Shown piece after piece: positions 48,753 to 57,833 of a DNA stretch of 64,000 nt (position 1 is its first letter; the number at the start of each line of letters is the position of its first letter). The notes beneath the pieces were generated by a model. That model was not told the origin of the DNA, made no database searches, and saw only the letters and a list, made by a program, of their open reading frames with translations. The DNA lies in IMG/VR virus record IMGVR_UViG_3300020165_002937. One strand, written 5' to 3'. The DNA is from a virus. The translations under genes were made by a program, and so were the position numbers.

Positions 48753-51700
48753 ATGTCAGTCAAAAAATTCAAATTCGTATCTCCTGGAGTGTTTATCAAT
48801 GAAATTGATAACTCCTTTATACCAAAGTCCGCGGACTCTATTGGTCCAGTTGTCATTGGTCGCTCTGCACGCGGCTTAGCGATGACCCCAACAAAGGTTG
48901 AGTCTTACTCACAATTCATTGAATTGTTCGGCGATACCGTTCCTGGTAACGGCGGCGGCGATATCTATCGTTACGGCAACCATCAATCACCGATGTATGG
49001 TACTTATGCTGCGAAAGCTTTCCTGCGCGCAAACGTTGCACCGCTTACTTATATTAGGCTTTTAGGTCAGCAGACTTCTGCTGGTTCCGCAGCCGGCGGC
49101 GATGCCGCAGCAGGTTATAAGACAACGCAGAACTTAGGAACTGCCGTGGCCTCCAAGTCTAGCGCAAATGGTGGTGCATATGGTCTTTTTGTGGCCAAGT
49201 CAGGATCTTCCATGGACCTTGTCGGAGAGGCCTCCGGTGCGCTCCACTTGGCAGCAGTTTTCTACGTGAACACTGGCTCGGTCCAACTTCAAGGTACTTT
49301 GCGTCAAGGTAATGATGCCGGCGCCGGCGGTACGTCTTCCGTTGGTCAAGTTGTACAAGCTGCAGGCGCCGTTGTATCGATGGGCTCTGATGGCTTATTC
49401 ACATTAATTGTTAGTGGCTCAAACAAGGGCAACCGAAAGATTAAGTTCAACTTTGATGACTCCAGTGACAAATTTATTCGTCGCCGCGTGAACACAAACC
49501 CGCAGCTACTCTCAACAGCTGGAACTTTCTATCCGCAATCAGCGGCCGACGATATTGTTTTGGGCGAATCTTTTGAGCAAGAGCTTCGTGATCGTAGCTT
49601 GGCTACATCAACTACTCTTCACGGAGTTGTTCTTGGTCTCGCTCTGAGCGGTACCGCGGCTACTGGTCCTCATAATCTCGAAGGCCAAGCGTCAACAGAA
49701 GCCAGATCCGGCTGGATTATTGGTCAAGAAATTGATGGAGTCACTACTGACTTTCAACCACAAGCTCAACAAAAGCTTTTCCGTTTTAAAGGCCGTGGCC
49801 ATGGCGGATGGTTGCATAAGAACATAAAGATATCCATAACGAATATCAGAAAGTCTAATACAACCACTACAGACTACGGAACGTTTACAATATTGCTTCG
49901 CGATATTAACGATACCGATAATAATGTTACTGTTATGGAAAGATTCGACAATTGCAGTCTTGATCCCAAATCTCCAAATTATATTGCCCGAGTAATCGGC
50001 GACAAATATGTCGAATGGGACGCTAACGAGCGCAGACTTAAAGAATACGGTAACTATGCCAACCAGTCGAAATATATCTGGGTTGACATGAATGATAAAA
50101 CTGATCAAGGTGGAACTGAACCTTCACTCCTCCCATTCGGCTACTTCGGACCTCCCAAGTTTAGAAACTTGCTGAACGCCAAAGATGCCAGTGATTTTGA
50201 AAACTCATTTATTATCAACGCACAAGGCTTGAGCGGTAGCGGTAACGTCGCCGGCTGTACAGCTATGAGTGGCGCTGGCGCTGTTGGCCAGGCGCCCACG
50301 GCCCAAGGCCATAGATATGCGATTAACGTCGGCGGGGGGTCGGTCAAATTGGGCCGTACCGCCACTGACGGCCTTTCCTTCATTCCTATGCAAGCAGCCA
50401 CAGCCTCGCTGTTCTTCCCTAAAGATCGCTTGCGGGTGTCAGCCAGTGCTGGCGGACAATCAGATCCAACCGACTCTTACTTTGGTTTCTCAACTACGAG
50501 GACAAGTGGGTCCACTCGCGCTGATGCAAGTGTCCTTGATACTCACAACTTGTTATACGGCGGCTTTCCAGATGATATTACATCGGCCAACGGTACACCA
50601 GAGCTAAACCCAACTGCATACCCGGGCATTGATGCTTATTCATATGTATTCAGTCTTAATGATGTTGTTCTCGACGTTAACGGCAACTACTACTACGAGT
50701 CTGGTTCCCGTGACAATACTGATGGCACTAACGCCAATAGAGCCAAAGGCTCCGTGACCTCAGCTTCAATTGATGGATTACTGAACGCAGGATACGGTAA
50801 TTTCACAACACCACTGTACGGCGGTTTTGATGGATTTGATATCTTCAAACCAGATCCACTTTATAACAAAGCTATGGGGGCCTCAGCTACCGAAGATACG
50901 AGCTACGTGTTTCACACATACCGTAGAGCGATTGACACGGTTTCTGATCCAGAAGTTACTGATATGAATATCTTGACAATCCCGGGCCTCACAAATAACT
51001 CATTGACTGAGCACGCAATCAATGTTTGCGAAGCTCGTGGAGATGCAATGGCACTCATCGATCTTCCAAGCGTATACGTACCAAATCATGAGGAATACAA
51101 CGCGGATAAATCGTCAGCAATTCAAACTACGCCAGTAAGAGCAGCTGAGGCTCTCAGAACCCGCAGGATTGACTCAAGCTACGGTGCCACATTCTACCCA
51201 TGGGTGCAGACCCGCGATGATAACACAGGCGCCAACGTTTGGATTCCGCCTACCGTAGCGATGCTCGGTGTGCTAGCTAGCTCGCAAGCCAAAACAGATG
51301 TATGGTTTGCTCCAGCAGGCTTCAACCGCGGCGGCTTAACTGACGGTGCGGCTGGAATTTCAGTTATCGGAGTAACCGAGAAGCTTACAAGCAAACAACG
51401 TGACACGTTATATGATAGCAACATCAATCCAATCGCTTCATTCCCATCAACTGGAATTGTAGTGTTCGGCCAAAAGACACTCCAAGAGCGCCAAAGCGCA
51501 CTTGATAGAATCAACGTCCGTAGATTGGTAATTTACTTGAAGAAACAAATCTCGATTATATCCTCACAGGTACTTTTTGAGCAAAATGTACAGTCAACTT
51601 GGAATCGATTCAAGTCGCTGGTTGAGCCATTCCTCGCGAATGTCAAGGTCCAGTTCGGTATCACTGATTACCGTCTGATCCTCGATGAGTCAACTACGAC

Positions 51701-51821
51701 GCCGGACCTCATTGACCAAAATATCCTCTATGCGAAGATTATGGTCAAGCCAGCCCGCGCAATCGAATTCATAGCTATCGACTTCGTGATCGCATCCTCT
51801 GGTGCATCATTCGATGATTAA
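48753..51821 (+). CDS. tail sheath protein (T4 gp18-like)
   Basis: FVSPGVFINEID, WFAPAGFNRG, INPI, GQKT, RINVRRL and PARAIEFI motifs; 1022 aa. Confidence 0.95.
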   Translation: MSVKKFKFVSPGVFINEIDNSFIPKSADSIGPVVIGRSARGLAMTPTKVESYSQFIELFGDTVPGNGGGDIYRYGNHQSPMYGTYAAKAFLRANVAPLTYIRLLGQQTSAGSAAGGDAAAGYKTTQNLGTAVASKSSANGGAYGLFVAKSGSSMDLVGEASGALHLAAVFYVNTGSVQLQGTLRQGNDAGAGGTSSVGQVVQAAGAVVSMGSDGLFTLIVSGSNKGNRKIKFNFDDSSDKFIRRRVNTNPQLLSTAGTFYPQSAADDIVLGESFEQELRDRSLATSTTLHGVVLGLALSGTAATGPHNLEGQASTEARSGWIIGQEIDGVTTDFQPQAQQKLFRFKGRGHGGWLHKNIKISITNIRKSNTTTTDYGTFTILLRDINDTDNNVTVMERFDNCSLDPKSPNYIARVIGDKYVEWDANERRLKEYGNYANQSKYIWVDMNDKTDQGGTEPSLLPFGYFGPPKFRNLLNAKDASDFENSFIINAQGLSGSGNVAGCTAMSGAGAVGQAPTAQGHRYAINVGGGSVKLGRTATDGLSFIPMQAATASLFFPKDRLRVSASAGGQSDPTDSYFGFSTTRTSGSTRADASVLDTHNLLYGGFPDDITSANGTPELNPTAYPGIDAYSYVFSLNDVVLDVNGNYYYESGSRDNTDGTNANRAKGSVTSASIDGLLNAGYGNFTTPLYGGFDGFDIFKPDPLYNKAMGASATEDTSYVFHTYRRAIDTVSDPEVTDMNILTIPGLTNNSLTEHAINVCEARGDAMALIDLPSVYVPNHEEYNADKSSAIQTTPVRAAEALRTRRIDSSYGATFYPWVQTRDDNTGANVWIPPTVAMLGVLASSQAKTDVWFAPAGFNRGGLTDGAAGISVIGVTEKLTSKQRDTLYDSNINPIASFPSTGIVVFGQKTLQERQSALDRINVRRLVIYLKKQISIISSQVLFEQNVQSTWNRFKSLVEPFLANVKVQFGITDYRLILDESTTTPDLIDQNILYAKIMVKPARAIEFIAIDFVIASSGASFDD

Positions 51822-51851
51822 AAAAGTCGCGGTGGATTTTTCCTCCGCGCA

Positions 51852-51859
51852 ACTACTTA
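51852..51859 (+). promoter_or_regulatory. putative late promoter motif (ACTACTTA)
   Basis: Variant motif just after a GC hairpin (51828-51849) and upstream of the tube gene. Confidence 0.55.
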
Positions 51860-51892
51860 AAAATAGGAAATACTAACAGGAGTACCTAAGCC

Positions 51893-52480
51893 ATGCCATT
51901 CTGGTCAACAGATTTTAGTCAAGACACAACTTTAAAAGATCCGAAAAGAAAATTCAGATTTACAGTCGAATTTCAAGGGATTGACTCACCTATCGGCGGA
52001 GCTACCGTTTGGTATGCCAAGACCGTTACGAAGCCCTCATTTCAGATCGCCTCTTCGGAGCATAAATTCTTAAATCATACATTTTACTATCCAGGTTCCG
52101 TTACTTGGCAAGACGTATCATTAACCCTTGTTGACCCAGTTGATCCAGATGCGACTGCAACTTTCTCTGATATTATAGTACAATCAGGGTATTCCCCGCC
52201 AACCGACACAAACTCTTTAGGCACAATGTCTAAAGCAAAAGCTGCCGGCGCGCTTGGAACTATTATTATTACTCAAATTGATGCTGAAGGAGCACCGCTT
52301 GAAACTTGGACACTCTGGAACTCGTTTATTACTGAAATCAAATATGGAGATTTGGCATACGGTGATGACGAATTGGTCGAAATGGGCGTTACAATCAAAT
52401 ATGATTGGGCTCGCGTTGAGACTGCTAGACCATCCTCGTCAGTTAATGGAACTCAGGGCAACGAATTCTTTAGAGTATAA
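51893..52480 (+). CDS. tail tube protein (T4 gp19-like)
   Basis: DPKRKFRF, YYPGSVTWQDVSLT and ETWTL...YGDLAY...YDWA motifs; follows the sheath. Confidence 0.88.
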   Translation: MPFWSTDFSQDTTLKDPKRKFRFTVEFQGIDSPIGGATVWYAKTVTKPSFQIASSEHKFLNHTFYYPGSVTWQDVSLTLVDPVDPDATATFSDIIVQSGYSPPTDTNSLGTMSKAKAAGALGTIIITQIDAEGAPLETWTLWNSFITEIKYGDLAYGDDELVEMGVTIKYDWARVETARPSSSVNGTQGNEFFRV

Positions 52481-52513
52481 TAAAACTAGACAAAACAAAA
52501 CGAGAGGTGTAAA

Positions 52514-53371
52514 TTGTCGAGAAACAATAATGATCGCTTAGGCGCTCATCAACAAGATACTAGCCCGGCACCTTCACAAGTTATGCAAAATGATTCCCCA
52601 GGGTTTTCATTTGTCGTGCCGAGCGAGTTTGTGGATTTGCCTACCGGTGGCCGCTACTACCCAGAAGGTCATCCGCTCCACAAGCAAAGTAGTATAGAAA
52701 TCAAACAGATGACAGCGAAAGAGGAGGATATGTTAACTTCCCAGACACTGTTAAGAAAAGGCATCGCGCTTGAGCGAGTGCTCTCTAGCTTGATCATGGA
52801 TAAGAACATTAGCACCGATACCTTGTATGTTGCAGATAAAAATGCAATTATTATAGCAACTAGGATATCAGGTTATGGCAGTGACTATAACACAACGGTG
52901 GGTTGCCCTGCATGTGGTGAAAGTCAAAAGTACTCGTTTGACCTAAGAAATGCTAAAGTATACACTGGCGATGACTGTGATGTTTTGGGCGTTAATAATA
53001 ACGAAAACGGGACTTTTAATGTTACACTACCAAAAACTAAAGTTGACGTGACATTTAGGCTTCTAACTGGTCACGATGAAAAACTTCTGGTAAACGGAAT
53101 GGAAAAAGACAAAAAGTCCAAATCACACGAAAGAAATGTCACGAGACAGATTGCTTTCATGGTATTGGCAGTTAACGGAGATTCATCGACGGAAGCAATT
53201 CAATATTTTGTTGAAAACATCCCCGCCATTGATGCCAGGCACCTAAGAGCAGCCTATAAAGCCGCATCACCAAATATCGATATGACTCAGAGCTTTGTTT
53301 GTGGAGAGTGCGATCACGAACAGGAAATGGAGGTGCCGCTTAACGCGGACTTTTTTTGGCCTGACCAATGA
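52514..53371 (+). CDS. baseplate hub / tail assembly chaperone (T4 gp26-like)
   Basis: MTAKEEDML, two CxxC motifs, ends DFFWPDQ; TTG start with SD GAGGTG; lies between tube and tape measure. Confidence 0.7.
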   Translation: MSRNNNDRLGAHQQDTSPAPSQVMQNDSPGFSFVVPSEFVDLPTGGRYYPEGHPLHKQSSIEIKQMTAKEEDMLTSQTLLRKGIALERVLSSLIMDKNISTDTLYVADKNAIIIATRISGYGSDYNTTVGCPACGESQKYSFDLRNAKVYTGDDCDVLGVNNNENGTFNVTLPKTKVDVTFRLLTGHDEKLLVNGMEKDKKSKSHERNVTRQIAFMVLAVNGDSSTEAIQYFVENIPAIDARHLRAAYKAASPNIDMTQSFVCGECDHEQEMEVPLNADFFWPDQ

Positions 53372-53609
53372 ATACATGGAAAACGTGTATGAGCAGTTCT
53401 TCTTTTTAAAATATTCTGGCGGTTGGTCCTTCTCAGAGGCATATAATTTGCCAGTTGGGCTAAGAAAATGGTTTGTTGAAAGACTGATCAAACAATTGGA
53501 AGATGAAAAAGAAGCAATCGAAAAAGCACAGAAAGGGGGCGGCCGCGGCTCGCAAGTCTTATCTGAGGCTAACCAGCCACAGTTGCCCTCCCAATTCGAG
53601 AATATCTAA
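53352..53609 (+). CDS. gp51-like / chaperone extension, probably reached by a frameshift at the T7 run
   Basis: The +1 frame reads FFGLTNEYMENVYEQFFFLKYSGGWSFSEAYNLPVGLRKWF; the in-frame ATG at 53376 has no SD. Confidence 0.65.
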   Translation, partial: FFGLTNEYMENVYEQFFFLKYSGGWSFSEAYNLPVGLRKWFVERLIKQLEDEKEAIEKAQKGGGRGSQVLSEANQPQLPSQFENI

Positions 53610-53635
53610 AGACGGCCCAAGCCGTCTTTTTTCTT
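53608..53635 (+). terminator. intrinsic terminator
   Basis: AAAGACGGC-CCAA-GCCGTCTTTTTT. Confidence 0.85.
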
Positions 53636-53640
53636 GTGTA

Positions 53641-53648
53641 ACTAATTA
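53641..53648 (+). promoter_or_regulatory. putative late promoter motif (ACTAATTA)
   Basis: Variant motif between the terminator and the tape measure gene. Confidence 0.55.
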
Positions 53649-53685
53649 ATCTTAGAGCACGAATATCGTGCAGGAGAAATACACC

Positions 53686-56289
53686 TTGGCTGATGGCGTA
53701 AAATACACCAAAGAAGATTTACAGATCCAAGAAGAGATCATTGAAGGCTTAAGGGAGATACAAAGGCTTCAAAGAGCTAACAAGGATCTCAACGACGAAC
53801 AAAAAGCTTTACTAGCCGCTGCAGCTCGCGAACATGGTAACATCAAAGATGCAATATCAGACCAGCGCTCTATAACCCAAGACATGATCCGCCAACGTAG
53901 GAATTCAAAAGCTGCGTTGTTTGAAGAATTGGAAGTATTAAAACAGCAACTATCAGCTTATCAAAGCATAAATACAAGCGGCAGGTATAGGCAAGAAGTT
54001 TTAGATGCACAATTGGCCGTTGAACAGAAAAAACTACAAATTCTACTTGAAACTAGAGATCTCACAGATGACGAAGTTTTAAAACAAAAAGAAAAAGTTG
54101 ATCTGCTCAGAAAGCAAAATGAGGCTTATAAAGAACAATTAGCCGTTGCAAAAGAAATTGGAAAAACTCTTGGAACAGTATTTGCCGTATATGAAAAGAA
54201 CAAATTCTTTAATGTCGACAATGCAAAAAAATTAGCCAAAGCATTCGCCGGCGGTAGAGTTGCATTACAAGGTATGGCCAAAGCATTAGCCGCTAGCGCA
54301 ATAACATCGTATCTTGATTCAGTGGTCGGGCTCGTTTTTGAACTTGAAAAAGCAGAAGCAGGGTTTATTAAAACTACTGGTGCATCTAGGGAATTTGCCA
54401 AGTCTGTTCGCGGCCAGTACGAAGACCTGCGAGGACTAGGCGTGCAAATAGCCGAAGTTACCGGTGCGAATGCTGCGCTTTATTCTACATTTACAGATTT
54501 TACAACCTTAAGTCCAACCACCAGAGATGAGATTGGCAAAATTGGAGCACTGTTAGGGCGCCGTGGTGTCGATTTCCAAGACTTTGCAGCCGGCATACAG
54601 CAAACCAACAAGGCCTTCGGTCAAACGGGCCCAGAAGCCGCTCAGACGGCCATGCAGCTTGAAGCTTTGGCGTCCAAGTTACAGATACCACCCCAAATGA
54701 TGGCAAAAGAGTTTCAAGCCTCTAGCGGGGCTTTAGCTAAACTAGGTAAAGACGGCCCAATAGCATTTGCTCGACTTGCCTTTGCCTTTAAGAAAACCGG
54801 CCTTGAGATCAACAAGATAATCAAAATATCTGAGGCTTTTGACACGTTTGACGGCGCCGCAACCCAGGCAGGCAAGCTGAATGCTGCTTTGGGCGGAAAT
54901 TTTGTTAATGCTATGGATCTTATGATGGCAACTGATCCGGTCGAGCGCTTTGAGATGATCAGGGACTCTCTATCGAGCGCTGGTCTTGAGTTCGACACAA
55001 TGGGCTACTACCAAAGAAAATTTATTGCTGAATCAGTTGGTCTTGACGGACCTAACGAGCTTGCGATGCTGATGTCAGGCAATTTAGAAGGCCTTGCAGA
55101 CTCAGCAAAACTAAGTCAAGCTGAAATTGTAGACTTAGAAAAAAGAGCAGCTGAAGCTACAGCAGTTCAAGAAAAGTTTAACGGCGCTATGCGCAGCATG
55201 ATTGTGGTGTTAGAGCCGGCCATCGATTTGCTTCAAAGATTCGGCGACTTTTTGACCGAAAATAAATGGTTTGCATCCGGCTTAGGTTATGTAATTGGTG
55301 CCCTCGTCGTAGGCTTCTTGGCTTATAAAGCAGTAATGCTGTCTTTAATCGTCGTAGAAGCTTTGAAGGCCGTTGGTTCGATTTTCCTTGCCGGCGCCGA
55401 AAAAACAAAAAACGAAGTAACCAAAGAATCACTGCTTTTGTCGAATGCACAAGCGGTAGCTTTGGCTAAGCTAACGCCGCTCATGCTTGCTTTTGGATTC
55501 GCAGTCCTCATGGTTGGCGCCGGCATCGGACTTGCTGCCGTTGGCTTGGCTGTCTTAGTTGTATCCTTCAAAGATCTGGGTGACGCTGCTTGGCCTGCTG
55601 CAGCGGGCATAGTTGGATTTACTTTGGCATTTGCGGGCTTGATGGCGTTGTTAGTCGGCTTGACCGCTGGACCGCAGGCAGGCGTCACAGCCCTCGCGGT
55701 CGGTGTCTTGCTATCTATTGGCGCCGCGGCCCTGATGATCGGTAAGGGAATCGAAATGGCAGCAAACGGTTTCGATACATTTAACACAGCGCTCAATAAC
55801 ATAGATACTACGAACATGATAAATCTTTTAACAGAGTTCGACAAGTTTAGCAATACAATAGGCAACATGGTCAAGATAGCGAACGCTATCGACAATATAT
55901 CAGACTCTATGGATGACTTGAATACAAGTAAAACTATAGCTCTAACAAGACTAATTAAGACAGTGCAGGTTGGCTCACCTGAAATGATGGAGACAGCAGC
56001 CGGCGTCGAGACCATAGCGACTTCGCGTGTTGCGGCACAAACTGCCATAGACACTGAGGCAATTGCCGAGATAGCTTCAGCCGCGGCAGTTGTTGCGGTG
56101 AATCAAGCGAAGAAAGGCTCAGATGCGAGCACCGGAGGCTACAGATCAACACCTAATCGTCCCGCCGCAAATATAGTAGTTGAGAATGTTTTCCAAGTTG
56201 ACGGGAAAGAAATCAAGAGAATCCGCGATAAATCTTTAGGCGAACAAATTGCGGCCGCAGTCATGGGTCAGGCACCCCCTGCAGGTTAA
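53686..56289 (+). CDS. tape measure protein
   Basis: Ala-rich helical protein with a central hydrophobic (TM-like) block, after the chaperone genes; likely TTG start at 53686 behind SD AGGAG. Confidence 0.8.
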   Translation: MADGVKYTKEDLQIQEEIIEGLREIQRLQRANKDLNDEQKALLAAAAREHGNIKDAISDQRSITQDMIRQRRNSKAALFEELEVLKQQLSAYQSINTSGRYRQEVLDAQLAVEQKKLQILLETRDLTDDEVLKQKEKVDLLRKQNEAYKEQLAVAKEIGKTLGTVFAVYEKNKFFNVDNAKKLAKAFAGGRVALQGMAKALAASAITSYLDSVVGLVFELEKAEAGFIKTTGASREFAKSVRGQYEDLRGLGVQIAEVTGANAALYSTFTDFTTLSPTTRDEIGKIGALLGRRGVDFQDFAAGIQQTNKAFGQTGPEAAQTAMQLEALASKLQIPPQMMAKEFQASSGALAKLGKDGPIAFARLAFAFKKTGLEINKIIKISEAFDTFDGAATQAGKLNAALGGNFVNAMDLMMATDPVERFEMIRDSLSSAGLEFDTMGYYQRKFIAESVGLDGPNELAMLMSGNLEGLADSAKLSQAEIVDLEKRAAEATAVQEKFNGAMRSMIVVLEPAIDLLQRFGDFLTENKWFASGLGYVIGALVVGFLAYKAVMLSLIVVEALKAVGSIFLAGAEKTKNEVTKESLLLSNAQAVALAKLTPLMLAFGFAVLMVGAGIGLAAVGLAVLVVSFKDLGDAAWPAAAGIVGFTLAFAGLMALLVGLTAGPQAGVTALAVGVLLSIGAAALMIGKGIEMAANGFDTFNTALNNIDTTNMINLLTEFDKFSNTIGNMVKIANAIDNISDSMDDLNTSKTIALTRLIKTVQVGSPEMMETAAGVETIATSRVAAQTAIDTEAIAEIASAAAVVAVNQAKKGSDASTGGYRSTPNRPAANIVVENVFQVDGKEIKRIRDKSLGEQIAAAVMGQAPPAG

Positions 56290-56344
56290 TATTAGACCAA
56301 AAAGTTTTGGAAATGCATACTTACAAGAAAGGAACATAGAATAA

Positions 56345-57487
56345 ATGGCTAGTGATGATTTCAGCGGAGACATAAGCGTAGCGCATGATTTTTTTAATGC
56401 GAATTTCGATAGTAGTCGATATAAAACTAGTCGAGTAGGCGATCGCCTTCAGAAACCGGTAAGAAACTATGTTGATGGCAGCGATTATCTTGCGAATAGA
56501 CGTAAGATGATGATCTCTTTCCAACATGCTCCATCGGGCCGATCTATATTTTTCAAGTCTTTTATAACAGCTTTTAACGAAACGTATAACTCAGATTGGG
56601 TCGACGAAAAGGTTTTTGGTCGAGTAGATCCAATTATGTTGTTCAAGAATACTTCTCGAAGGATTACTTTAGCCTTTAAGGTACCAGCCGGCACAGAAAG
56701 CGAAGCATATGAGAATCTTGTAAAATTACAGCACCTAGCTCAATTCTTGTATCCAAACTATAAAGATGTGGGAGATGCATCTACTATCTCTCAATCGCCA
56801 TTGATAAGGCTAAAGGTTATGAACTTGGCTCAAAAATCAGGCCCTTCCTCAACTGATACTAGAAACGATATCGGTGGTGCTAACCAGTCACCAGAATTAT
56901 TATACGAACAGTATCGAAGCAACTATCAGTCCTCTGGTGGCCTGCTTGGTGCGGTAACAAATGTCACGATTAACCACAACTTAGAAGCCGAAGATGGCGC
57001 ATTTATGAAAGCGGAGAACACTATACTGCCTAAATTGTTTGAAGTCAACTTAGAATTCGCCGTGATTCATGAGCAGCCGCTGGGATGGAAGAAGACCAGA
57101 AACGGTGCAGAATTCCAAGACAAAAATTTCCCATACAATGCCAAAGGTAGTGATCCGTTTAAGACTTTTGCTGCGGGCAAGAATGACGTGCAATCTATAA
57201 TAGATGCAGCAACTCCGCCCCAAGCACGTATTGACAATGCCAAAGCTAAAAAGAATAAGGCTATTTGGGGGCTGAGTGACAGCGAGAAAGGAGATGTCAT
57301 GATGCGCCGTGCGCCCCGCAAACTCGCACGCGCGAAAAACGCCCACGATGAATCCCGCGCCGTTGACCCGTACGCTGACGCGCTAGATATGTTCACCATT
57401 GACTCTGCACCCACGGTATACTACGGGGGCTCTGAAGAAGGTGGTATGGTAGACCCTCGGTACAACCCACTTTTGCAAGGGGATTAA
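56345..57487 (+). CDS. baseplate tail-tube initiator/cap-like protein
   Basis: FITAFNETYNSDW...FGRVDPI..FKNTSRRITLAF...SPLIRL tube-fold pattern; follows the tape measure. Confidence 0.6.
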   Translation: MASDDFSGDISVAHDFFNANFDSSRYKTSRVGDRLQKPVRNYVDGSDYLANRRKMMISFQHAPSGRSIFFKSFITAFNETYNSDWVDEKVFGRVDPIMLFKNTSRRITLAFKVPAGTESEAYENLVKLQHLAQFLYPNYKDVGDASTISQSPLIRLKVMNLAQKSGPSSTDTRNDIGGANQSPELLYEQYRSNYQSSGGLLGAVTNVTINHNLEAEDGAFMKAENTILPKLFEVNLEFAVIHEQPLGWKKTRNGAEFQDKNFPYNAKGSDPFKTFAAGKNDVQSIIDAATPPQARIDNAKAKKNKAIWGLSDSEKGDVMMRRAPRKLARAKNAHDESRAVDPYADALDMFTIDSAPTVYYGGSEEGGMVDPRYNPLLQGD

Positions 57488-57502
57488 AGGTTCAAATAAA
57501 CT

Positions 57503-57832
57503 ATGGCAAGATACACTAAAGATAGGGTACTAAATAACAGTAGCGAATACTACGAGTCAATTCGTCGCAACAAAAAAACTCTCAGACATTTTGAAACTCC
57601 ACGACTGGCTAACCCGGGCGTTGGTGCTCGCACAGTTATAAACAGCGTAACGCATATATGGACTGTCGGCGATAGATTTTATAAATTAGCAAACACTTAC
57701 TATGCTGATGTTAGATTCTGGTGGGTTATTGCATGGTATAATGGAGTACCTACCGAAGCGCATCTCACTCGCGGGACACCAATTGAAATACCGCTCGACA
57801 TTGATATGGCCTTGAGGGCCATGGGACAATAA
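57503..57832 (+). CDS. LysM-like baseplate wedge protein (gp53-like)
   Basis: GDRFYKLANTYY.D...WWVIAWYN...G..IEIP. Confidence 0.75.
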   Translation: MARYTKDRVLNNSSEYYESIRRNKKTLRHFETPRLANPGVGARTVINSVTHIWTVGDRFYKLANTYYADVRFWWVIAWYNGVPTEAHLTRGTPIEIPLDIDMALRAMGQ

Positions 57833-57833
57833 A

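Noticed and set aside
51828-51849. GC hairpin after the sheath gene as a + strand terminator
   Set aside because: No downstream U tract; more likely a stability or processing hairpin, so not called a terminator.
24327-53685. ORF-track start positions 24327, 25098, 25324, 26345, 27068, 33143, 33478, 41961, 45108, 53295 and 53668
   Set aside because: Downstream starts (or, for 53295, the frameshift) fit better with SD sequences, ATGA coupling or the shared leaders, so starts were reassigned.
55323-56054. 243-aa minus-strand ORF and the other minus-strand or nested ORFs in the track
   Set aside because: All lie opposite or within well-supported + strand genes and show no recognisable motifs.
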